This document shows, piece after piece, positions 53,762 through 64,000 of a stretch of 64,000 nt of DNA. This DNA is from Octopus vulgaris. Taxonomy: Eukaryota. The position numbers and the translations under genes are program-made. The notes beneath the pieces were generated by a model, which saw nothing but the letters and a program-made list of their open reading frames with translations, was not told the origin of the DNA and did no database searches. Numbering within the stretch: the stretch's first letter is position 1; each line of letters begins with the position of its first letter. Where the stretch lies: contig OX597838.1 of assembly GCA_951406725.2 (NCBI GenBank), forward strand, positions 30,070,001 to 30,134,000. Reading direction: 5' to 3'.

Positions 53762-54133
53762 ATTTCTACTTAAACACTTATCAAACCAGAACTGAAATAA
53801 TGAAACACCTCGACATCTTCCACAAAACGAGCATCGTATCTCTTCTACAAAAAGTCAAAAATGTATCTACTATGACTAAATATGGCGCCCGCAACAGAGC
53901 ACGTAAAGTGGCAGTTATTTTCTTAAAAGGAAAACTAAGCGAACCACAAGGAGTAATTACAAATGCGAAGGTTCTAAGTAAAAACGGCATCGAAGTGTTT
54001 GTAATTAAGATGGATGATCTGAATTCGGAGAATACTTTGACAAGCATTACCAGACAACGTAATATTCTGGACGCCACCGAGATAAAAAGTATGGTGCAAC
54101 TGAGCAGCGAATTCTTAAACCGACTTTGCAAGC
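53762..54133 (+). CDS. VWA gene 2, VWA domain 2 C-terminal exon (DFYLNTYQTRTEIM...RKVAVIFLKGK...NRLCK)
   Basis: ttttttcag acceptor, gtaagt donor, 372 nt, phase 1-1. Confidence 0.92.
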
Positions 54134-54188
54134 GTAAGTAAAGAAGTTCAATTATTCACGCGGGCACGCACGCACACACGCACACACA

Positions 54189-54238
<50 letters not shown>

Positions 54239-54861
54239 TGCACACAAACACATACACACACAAATATGCACACATGTACACATGTACCACTATGTTTGCA
54301 CGAGCACATGCTCCGTCCACGGTCAGTCCTGATCTAGCAGACCTTTCATGGAAGGCGTTCCAACCATGAACATTTCGCCTTGTTTCGGCCATGCACGGGT
54401 ATATGTTCTAAGTTCTATCTGTAACTTGTATCATATATCTCAGTATAACCTGCGTCACGGTCGATCGGATGGGTGGCAGGATGCGAATAAAGCTCCTACC
54501 CTCGAACCTTGGTAAGGATGGGCAAATGACAGAATCGAAGAGCCTAACCTTCCATAGCTTTTCCCGAGTTCAAATCCATCCGAGGACAACTTCGTCTTTC
54601 ATCTCTCCCGGATCGATAGAATCAAATACCAATCAGGTATCAAGATTGACAATATTGAATAAATCCCAACAGTTGAAAATTGCTGGCCTCGTGCCTGATT
54701 AGCAGGTTGGACAAAATGATTAAGGGTATTTCTTCCGGCACTTTACGCTATGAGTTCAAATTTGGGGTCGATAAATTAAGTACCAGTTATGTAGTGGGGT
54801 CGATGTGATCGGCTGGTCCGCTCCCATCCAAATTTGAGGCCTTGTGCCTCCAGTATAAAGG

Positions 54862-54951
<90 letters not shown>

Positions 54952-55291
54952 CAGATGGCGTCATAGCAGAATCGTTAGCGCCTTGGACAAAATTCCAGGC
55001 GGTAATTCTTTGGCTCTTTATGGTTTGAGTTTAAATACCGTCGTGGGTCAATTAATAAAGTGCCAATCAAGTGTTGCGGTCGACATAATTGACTGACCCC
55101 CACCTCCTACACTTTCTGGCCGTTTGATAAAATTTGAAAGGACTATTATTGTTGTTGTTGTTGGTCTAATCGTTGATGCGGCTGAGAAGGGAAAATCGTT
55201 GGTGCATCGAACAAAAGTTTTATTGTTGAACTTCTCGTTCAAATTATTTAATTTTTTTTTATAAATCTAATCGCTTTTATTTATTTTTCAG

Positions 55292-55296
55292 GATAA
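55292..55296 (+). CDS. VWA gene 2, terminal coding exon (R*)
   Basis: ttttatttatttttcag acceptor, (C)GA TAA, AATAAA downstream at 55380. Confidence 0.7.
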
Positions 55297-55379
55297 AACC
55301 CTGGCTCTGCCCCCCACAAAGACTACGGAAAACGGAATGAACGACTATCCTTTTAAAATCTTTTTCAGAATAACGAATG

Positions 55380-55385
55380 AATAAA
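55380..55385 (+). terminator. Candidate polyadenylation signal of VWA gene 2
   Basis: AATAAA about 85 nt after the predicted stop. Confidence 0.5.
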
Positions 55386-55619
55386 CGTACCATTTAGGAA
55401 TACACGCATATATATATCAATACAATACACAAACCTTCAAACATATAATTCAATACAAACGCGAGTGTGTGGATCTGCGTTGCATGTCTGTGTGTGTATG
55501 TGTGTCTGAGTGTTCATTCTATGTTCTAAATATTCAATTTTATTAACACCAAGCTGAGAAGTTGAATAAGCAGTTAGATGAAACTTAAAATTCGAACGAA
55601 AATGAATTTTGTAGCATAT

Positions 55620-55684
<65 letters not shown>

Positions 55685-55952
55685 TACACACACACACATA
55701 CATACACACTCATACACACGAGTGTGTGAACAGCCAACAGAAAGTGGAATTAAATACATTTCGTAAAAGCCTCTTATATTTTTTACTAAGAGTTTGACTT
55801 AGTTCCATATGATTTAGAATTTGGTAAGAACATTGGACGATCCCATCTCTTCGAACACTGAAAGAAAAGTAGTGAATTGTAAAGAAGTTCGATATGAAAT
55901 TACTTTTTTCTTTTAATCTCACAACGTGAGATATTCACCAACAGTACTTTGG

Positions 55953-56250
55953 AGTAAAGTTTTTTTGCCAACATAACATGGCAGTCCTGGTTTAGGACGA
56001 ATGTTACTGTAATTTAGCCCCAGGAGACATCGTCTCCAGCTGGCTATACAACACGATCTGTGTCCTTATATTTTCGAACATGGGCATCTAGCACCCCCTC
56101 TCGGACATTGTTTTGAGTTGAGTGTTCGAGAATATAAGGACACAAATCGTGTCGTACTGCCAGCTGGAGTCGATGTCTCCTGGGGCTAAATTACAGCAAT
56201 ATTCATTCTACACCACGACTGCCATGTTATGTTGATAAAAATCCTTACTG
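55953..56250. mobile_element. Fold-back MITE with ~125-bp imperfect inverted arms
   Basis: CAACATAACATGGCAGTC...TTCGAACA pairs with TGTTCGAG...GACTGCCATGTTATGTTG across a ~40-nt spacer. Confidence 0.8.
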
Positions 56251-56902
56251 TTTTTTTTTTTTAGATTTGGGGCTTTAAGAGTCAGCTCATATCATGTCGC
56301 ATTGGCGGTATGGAAGCGACACCAGATCTTTTCCTTATTTGTACGGCGACTCTGAAAACACCCTCACTCTATCATGCAAGATATCAAATACAATGATTTG
56401 AATACATTACACACCAACCATCCGACAGTGTGCCAACAGCTCCCAGACAGCATCCTCTCTTAGCATGTGTGATTAAGAATAAGGAGAAGATCAGGAGTTG
56501 ATGCCATGATATCAACACCACGTGACATAAACTGACCAACAGAGGCTCAGAATCTTGAAGTCGTCTCAAATCCATCGATTTTCTTCCGACCGTTGACGAG
56601 ATGAATTCGTCTTACGTGCCCAAGAAACTTTATCTTATATGGAACTGTTATTAATATAATCGTAAGCTACAGAAGCAATATTAATACCAAAATGCAATAT
56701 ATATATCCTCACTTAAAAGTGGATGGTGTGTTAGAAGAACACAGAATACCGCGTTATGTACCAAGAGGAATTTTCTCATAAGGACATGTGGTGCACAAAA
56801 GCTTGCTTGTTTATAGTGATAGTCCTGGTAAATCACACAACATTCTGTGTTCAAACGCAATATTTACAGTTAAGTGGGGATAATTATTAGCTTTTGGCAT
56901 TA

Positions 56903-56933
<31 letters not shown>

Positions 56934-57045
56934 TATATAGATAGAGAGATAGATAAAACTTACTAGGAAAAGGATGCGTGGCGTTCGATCATATAATATA
57001 AATAATATATAAATATATGCATATATACATACATATATGTACATA

Positions 57046-57090
<45 letters not shown>

Positions 57091-57094
57091 GCAT

Positions 57095-57428
57095 ATATGG
57101 GCAGAGGACATAAAAAAAAATGCTGAACACAATGAGAAACGAAAACATAAAAACAAAAACATAGAAACGAACATTTTTTCGAACAACGAAAAAAAACCCC
57201 CAGAGAAATGAGACATACAACATAAAGAATATGTTGTTCTTGCCTTCGGAAACGCGGAGTAGATGAAACGGGGACAACAGAAGAAGGTGAATATTCTTTA
57301 TATTGCATGTCTCGTTTCTCTGTTTGTCTTTTCGTTGTTCGAAAAAAAGTTCGTTTCTATGTTTTTGTTTTTATTTTTTCGTTTCTCATTGTGTTCAATC
57401 TTTTTTTTTTGATGTCCTGTACCCATAT
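57095..57428. mobile_element. (TA)n-flanked fold-back element, probably PLE terminal-repeat derived
   Basis: Arms ~57095-57232 / 57291-57428 are inverted. The loop contains a GAAACGCG remnant. Confidence 0.65.
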
Positions 57429-57553
57429 ATGTATGTATATATATACATATATATGTAGGTAAGTACATATATATGTATATATATATACATATATATGTAG
57501 GTATGTACATGTAGGTATGTACATGTATATATGCATATATTTATATATTAATC

Positions 57554-57595
<42 letters not shown>

Positions 57596-57845
57596 GACGC
57601 ATGGCTCAGTGGTTAGAATGTCCAGCTTACGATCTGAGTTCGATTCCCGGACCGGGCTGTGTGTTGTGTTATGTTCTTAAGCAACACACTTTATTGCACG
57701 TTGCTCCACTTCACTTAGCTGTAGGAATAAGTTGTGACATCACTGGTGCCAAGCTGCAACGGCCCCTTTGCCTTTTCCTTGGATAACATCAGTGGCGTGG
57801 AGAGGGGAGGCTGGTATGCATGGGTGACTGGTGGTCTATCCCATG
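57596..57845 (+). mobile_element. SINE family D with tRNA head
   Basis: TGGCTCAGTGG A box, GAGTTCGATTC B box. Confidence 0.75.
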
Positions 57846-58112
57846 GTCATTCTATATGTGAACTCTCTCTCTCTCTATATATATATATATTGGTAGATAG
57901 GTGTGTGTGTGTAATAGTGTGTGCATGTATCCACATCCACTCAAGCATTAACAGATTATACGCATACATACATACATATATACATACATACATACATACA
58001 TGAAAATGTAACCTGAAGTATTATAACAGTTATTTGTTTTTTTTATAATGTTGCAGAAATAAAATATAAATTTCCTTTGATTGAAATATATTGTTGTTTT
58101 TGTTGTGATTAT

Positions 58113-58486
58113 TATTGTCTCCGCCTTAGCGAAGGCGAAAGTATTGTTTTCAGTCGTATTTGTTTGTCTGTTCGTCTGTGGACAAGATATCTCAAGAACC
58201 GCTGGATGGATTCAGATGAAACTTTCAGGGATGTTTGGCCTTGTGACTGGCACGAACTGATTAGATTTTTGGATCGATCCGGGACTGGACAAGGATTCTG
58301 AATTATTTCATGTTTTTTTTTTTTTACTTTATTTTTGAGAGCGGTCGGGTTCACTTTTAGTATTCTCGTTTGGGAGAGCAGTCGAGTTTATTTAAGATAT
58401 TATCATTTTAAAAATCATCTCTGGCTATTTTTTAGAGGACGCTAGTGTTGCCTTTGCGGAGGTTTCGCTTTCTGAATGCTCTTGCT
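58113..58486 (+). mobile_element. HINE/DINE-1-like (Helentron-associated) non-autonomous element
   Basis: Subterminal inverted repeats CTCCGC...GCGGAG, a short GTYY-type tract, and a GGATGGATTCAGATGAAACTT core. Confidence 0.6.
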
Positions 58487-59440
58487 GTAATCATTATTAA
58501 TGGCTATCAAAGCTGCGAGATGATAAACTCTACCTCTCTTTCTGGTAACTTGGGTGAACTCACCCTCGCTCTCTGTTGGTTCTACTTCACTTTTCTCTTC
58601 TGTCTCTGCTGCACCCTCGTGCTCCGACGGGATCTCTTCCTCCATACTTGGTTCAATTGTACTTTGGGGGCACTTCTTTTTCATGTGCCCCTTCTGGCCA
58701 CATACATAGCAAGTAAGGGTTCTCCCCTCTATTGTAACGTTTAGTTTTCTCTCATCCGGGAGTACAATTCCCTCTGGAATCTCTTTCATATCGAACAGAG
58801 TTATCTGAACCAACAACTCAAGGTCGTATCCCCAGCAGTTTAGTTTCTGCGTCCTTGTAACTGACACAATTCTAGGTTCATCTTTTATAGTCGATAGGAC
58901 TGCCGCCGCTATCCATTTCTCCTTCATTTCCGGAGGAATCCTGCCAACCCTTACCCTAGCTATTCTTCTACCCAAGTAAGTTGGCAGGAGCCTCCATTCC
59001 TCATTTCCAGTAGATACTGTAGAGTTCTTCTGGGGAGAAGATTCTCGCCTCCACTGTACCGAATTTCTTTCGACGAGTATAAAAAGTCACTTTCTCCTTA
59101 AAACATTCCAAACATCTTTCGATATCCTTCTCTTTCGCCACTTCTATTTTTCTTTCTTGCATGCTGAGTGCTCTGTAAATAATAGTTTTCTTTCCCACTT
59201 CTGCTAAAAAATCTTCAGGTGGGGCCAGCTTTACTTTGTCTTCCCCCCACCTTTCGGCAACTTTCTTACATTTTCGCAATTTATCAATAGGTATAATTAC
59301 CTCTCTCAATTCGAAACTCGAAGTTCGTTACGTTCATTTTGCCAGCTACTACTGCGTAGATTCCACCTTTCTCTATGGCTGCATCTGGCATCTCTGCCTC
59401 CATCCCGCACGGGGTGGGGTGGGGTGGAGAAACAGCAAAT
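58487..59440 (-). mobile_element. L1/Tx1-like LINE 5' part (ORF1 with CCHC knuckle), frameshifted
   Basis: CYVCGQKGHMKKKC. RRIARVRVGRIPP and YDLELLVQI align with RRACVRIPRIPP and VDLEILLQI of the 33810 element. Confidence 0.75.
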
Positions 59441-59548
59441 GACACAAGCTATTCCACACAACAATAATAATAACAATAATAACAATAATAATAATAATAA
59501 TAATAATAGTAGTATTAGTAGTAGTAGTAATAGTAGTAGTAGTAGTAA

Positions 59549-59604
<56 letters not shown>

Positions 59605-59616
59605 ATAATAATAATG

Positions 59617-59661
<45 letters not shown>

Positions 59662-60015
59662 GAACAAGGTGAATCGATTCTTTTCAAGACCAAGGTCAGC
59701 GCTCTCATTGATCGCTTGTAGTAATAAACACATTTGACCACTGCTGACCCCGAGGTTGTGGGGCCTCTTTTGTATCCTTATTGCACAGGAATGCCTATTG
59801 CTGATTTCTTCACCATCTGCCAAATGTATTTACCGACCTGTAGAATTTGGTCTATTCTCCAAGCTGGTTCTCTTCCTTCTCCTCACAAGACGGTTACAAT
59901 ACCAGTGATTGTGGGAGCACTTGAAATGACCAGTAAAGGAACTGAAAATTAGTTGAGAATGACCCCCTGGATTGTCATTCATGCAGGTAGCGCAAAAGAT
60001 AGTATTAAGTGTTAA

Positions 60016-60246
60016 GGCGGCGAGCTGGCAGAATCGTTAGCATGCCGGGCGAAATACTTTGCAGTATTTCGTCCGCCGCTGGGATCTGAGTTCAAATTCC
60101 GCCGAGGTCGACTTTGCCTTTCATCCTTTCGGGGTCGATAAATTAAGTACCAGTTACGCACTGGAGTCGATATAATCGACTTAATCCGTTTGTCTGTCCT
60201 ACTTTGCCCCCTCTGTGTTTAGCCCCTTGTGGGTAGTAAAGAAATA
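60016..60246 (+). mobile_element. SINE family A monomer with 15-bp TSD, inserted in a degenerate Dong-like fragment
   Basis: AGTATTAAGTGTTAA at 60001-60015 and 60247-60261. The upstream sequence encodes TVTIPVIVGAL. Confidence 0.88.
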
Positions 60247-60326
60247 AGTATTAAGTGTTAACTGCAAACGCATACAGACTGTGTAAGAAAAGAAAGAATG
60301 GTGGCAGAGGACTGATTAGTATAGAC

Positions 60327-60545
60327 CAATGGTTTTCAACCAGGGTTCCGCGGAACCTTAGGGCTCCGCCAGTCCAGTCCAGGGGTTCCGCAAGAAGTTA
60401 CAAAATTGCTAAAATCGGCAGGAATTTTTAATTCTCCTGTGCAGATATGTGTGCATAAGAGTATTAAATTATTGCACAGGGGTTCCCCGAGCCAGTGGAA
60501 TGTGTCCTTGGGGTTCCACTCCAGCAAAAAGTTTGAAAAGCACTG
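60327..60545. mobile_element. hAT MITE with perfect 8-bp TSD
   Basis: TIRs CAATGGTTTTCAA / TTGAAAAGCACTG, TSD GTATAGAC on both sides. Confidence 0.88.
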
Positions 60546-60627
60546 GTATAGACCATTGTATAAGGAGTGAAAGGAAAACGCTAGCCGAGTATTTGATAAA
60601 TAGTGATAAAGACCTGTTGCAATATAT

Positions 60628-61230
60628 ATTTCTTTACTGCCCAGAAGGGGCTAAACATAGAGGGGACAAACAAGGACAGACGAAGGGATTGAGTCGATTA
60701 TATCGACCCCAGTGCGTAACTGGTACTTTATTTATCGACCCCGAAAGGATGAAAGGCAAAGTCGACCTCGGCGGAATTTGAACTCAGAACGTAACGACAG
60801 ACGAAATACCTACTTCTTTACTACCCACAAGGGGCTAAACACAGAGGGGACAAACAAGGACAGACAAAGGTATTAAGTCGATTACATCGACCCCAGTGCG
60901 TAACTGGTACTTAATTTATCGACACCCGAAAGGATGAAAGGCAAAGTCGACCTCGGCGGAATTTGAACTCAGAACGTAACGGCAGACGAAATACCTACTT
61001 CTTTACTACCCACAAGGGGCTAAACACAGAGGGGACAAACAAGGACAGACAAAGTTATTAAGTCGATTACATCGACCCCAGTGCGTAACTGGTACTTACT
61101 TAATTTATCGACCCCGAAAGGATGAAAGGCAAAGTCGACCTCGGCGGAATTTGAACTCACAACGTAACGGCAGGCGAAATACCGCTAAGCATTTCGCCCG
61201 GCGTGCTAACGTTTCTGCCAGCTCGCCGCC
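60628..61230 (-). mobile_element. SINE family A tandem array (3 bodies)
   Basis: Reverse complement of the family A array. Confidence 0.88.
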
Positions 61231-61374
61231 TGGGGCCAGCTCGCCGCCTGGGGCCAGCTCGCTCGGGTCCATTATTATTATTGATATTTTTAAATGCTAT
61301 ACGCAGAATTATGGTGATAATGATAATCACTGTGGTTATGGAGGCGCCACAATGCAAGCATATTATATACATAT

Positions 61375-61552
61375 AGGCGCAGGAGTGGTTGTGTGGTAAG
61401 TAGCTTGCTAACCAACCACATGGTTCCGAGTTCAGTCCCAATGCGTGGCATCTTGGGCAAGTGTCTTCTGCTATAGCCCCGGGCCGACCAATGCCTTGTG
61501 AGTGGATTTGGTAGACGGAAACTGAAAGAAGCCTGTCGTATATATGTATATA

Positions 61553-61592
<40 letters not shown>

Positions 61593-61757
61593 GGCGTAGG
61601 AGTGTCTGTGTGGTAAGTAGCTTGCTAACCAACCACATGGTTCCAGGTTCAGTCCCACTGCGTGACATCTTGGGCAAGTGTCTTCTGCTATAACCCCGGG
61701 CCGACCAATGCCTTGTGAGTGGATTTGGTAGACGGAAACTGAAAGAAGCCTGTCGTA

Positions 61758-61817
<60 letters not shown>

Positions 61818-61980
61818 CGTAGGAGTGTCTGTGTGGTAAGTAGCTTGCTAACCAACCACATGGTTCCAGGTTCAGTCCCACTGCGTGACATCTTGGGCAA
61901 GTGTCTTCTGCTATAGCCCCGGGCCGACCAATGCCTTGTGAGTGGATTTGGTAGACGGAAACTGAAAGAAGCCTGTCGTA

Positions 61981-62046
<66 letters not shown>

Positions 62047-62209
62047 CGTAGGAGTGTCTGTGTGGTAAGTAGCTTGCTAACCAACCACATGGTTCCAGGT
62101 TCAGTCCCACTGCGTGACATCTTGGGCAAGTGTCTTCTGCTATAGCCCCGGGCCGACCAATGCCTTGTGAGTGGATTTGGTAGACGGAAACTGAAAGAAG
62201 CCTGTCGTA

Positions 62210-62273
<64 letters not shown>

Positions 62274-62433
62274 CGTAGGAGTGGCTGTGTGGTAAGTAGC
62301 TTGCTAACCAACCACATGGTTCCAGGTTCAGTCCCACTGCGTGACATCTTGGGCAAGTGTCTTCTGCTATAGCCCCGGGCCGACCAATGCCTTGTGAGTG
62401 GATTTGGTAGACGGAAACTGAAAGAAGCCTGTC

Positions 62434-62488
<55 letters not shown>

Positions 62489-63135
62489 CGTAGGAGTGGC
62501 TGTGTGGTAAGTAGCTTGCTAACCAACCACATGGTTCCGAGTTCAGTCCCACTGCGTGACATCTTGGGCAAGTGTCTTCTGCTATAGCCCCGGGCCGACC
62601 AATGCCTTGTGAGTGGATTTGGTAGACGGAAACTGAAAGAAGCCCGTCGTATATATGTATATATATATGTGTTTGTGTATCTGTGTTTGTCCCCCTAGCA
62701 TTGCTTGACAACCAATGCTGGTGTGTTTACGTCCCCGTCACTTAGCGGTTCGGCAAAAAGAGACCGATACAATAAGTACTGGGCTTACAAAGAATAAGTC
62801 CCGGGGTCGATTTGCTCGACTAAAAGGCGGTGCTCCAGCATGGCCGCAGTCAAATGACTGAAACAAGTAAAAGAGTAAAGAATAAAAGAGTATATGTGTG
62901 TGTGTGTGTGTGTGTGGGTTTGTGTTTGTCCCCCTAGCATTGCTTGACAACCAATGTTGGTGTGTTTACGTCCCCGTCACTTAGCGGTTCGGCAAAAAGA
63001 GATCGATACACTAAGTACTGGGCTTACAAAGAATAAGTCCCGGGGTCGATTTGCTCGACTAAAAGGCGGTGCTCCAGCATGGCCGCAGTCAAATGCCTGA
63101 AACAAGTAAAAGAGTAAAGAGTAAAAGAGTAAAAG
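61375..63135 (+). mobile_element. SINE family B array: six 5' halves separated by (TA)n, then two 3' halves
   Basis: GGCGYAGGAGTG...GAAGCCYGTCGTATA repeated six times at ~215-230-bp period. Confidence 0.9.
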
Positions 63136-63445
63136 AGTATATATATATATATATATATATGTACATACATGTGCACGTGTATATACAAATTAAGGGAGGA
63201 AGAGAGATGGGATCCCAGTAAAAACTCGTGGGAAAAAAAATCTCGTGGGAAGAACCCCACGAACGACTCATGAAGCGACGATGCAACGCAACAAGGAAAT
63301 AACTAACGGCGAGAATGAAGTTGTAACCGAACACGGTGAAGGTTTCCCGCTCCGCATGTCCAAAACCGCCCGCATCAGAGGCAGTGACCTGGCCTCGGAC
63401 CTCGGACCTCGGTAGTAGTAAGGTAATAGAAAATAGAAAGTGCCA

Positions 63446-63446
63446 G

Positions 63447-63500
<54 letters not shown>

Positions 63501-63517
63501 GCAATAATAATGATAAA

Positions 63518-63590
<73 letters not shown>

Positions 63591-63684
63591 AATAATAATA
63601 ATAGTAATATTAATAATAATAATAATAATAATAATAATGATGATGATGATAATAATAATAATGATGATAATAATAATAATAATT

Positions 63685-63715
<31 letters not shown>

Positions 63716-63843
63716 TGATGAAGATGATAATAATAATAATGATGATAATAATAATAATAATAATGATAATAATGATAATGATAATGATAATAATAGTTGT
63801 TGTTGTTGTTGTTGTATTGTTGTTGTTAATAATAATAATGATA

Positions 63844-63893
<50 letters not shown>

Positions 63894-63951
63894 TGTTGTT
63901 GTTGTTGTTGTTGTTGTTAATAATAATAATAATAGTAATAATAATAATAAT

Positions 63952-63992
<41 letters not shown>

Positions 63993-64000
63993 TGATGATG
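63446..64000. repeat. Compound (TAA)n/(TGA)n/(TGT)n microsatellite
   Basis: Direct inspection. Confidence 0.95.

Noticed and set aside
61375-62650. CRISPR-like repeat-spacer appearance
   Set aside because: Repeats are ~165-bp SINE halves and the spacers are (TA)n. The context is eukaryotic, with no cas genes.

Overview
Eukaryotic, AT- and microsatellite-rich DNA, most likely from an octopus (coleoid cephalopod), judged from the SINE repertoire and repeat landscape. Most ORFs in the supplied track are microsatellite or SINE artefacts. The real coding content is two tandem, same-strand, multi-exon paralogues encoding secreted two-VWA-domain matrix proteins. Gene 1 spans 784 to about 15.5 kb and its signal-peptide exon lies upstream of the window. 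Gene 2 is complete at 41436-55296 (about 414 aa) and includes 24-nt and 12-nt microexons. The rest is mobile DNA: several tRNA-derived SINE families (often in tandem arrays), (TAA)n-targeted R4/Dong-like RLE retrotransposon fragments, CR1-group and L1/Tx1-like LINE fragments, Penelope-like (PLE) fragments, non-autonomous Helitrons, a HINE/DINE-1-like element, hAT MITEs and mariner remnants. The most striking unannotated signal is a set of minimal type I hammerhead ribozyme motifs with palindromic stem III in (TA)n-flanked non-coding elements. These include a 566-bp tandem-plus-inverted repeat with one hammerhead per unit (retrozyme-like) and a U3-A8 core variant in a PLE terminal repeat. Exon models and RNA folds were derived by eye and need confirmation.
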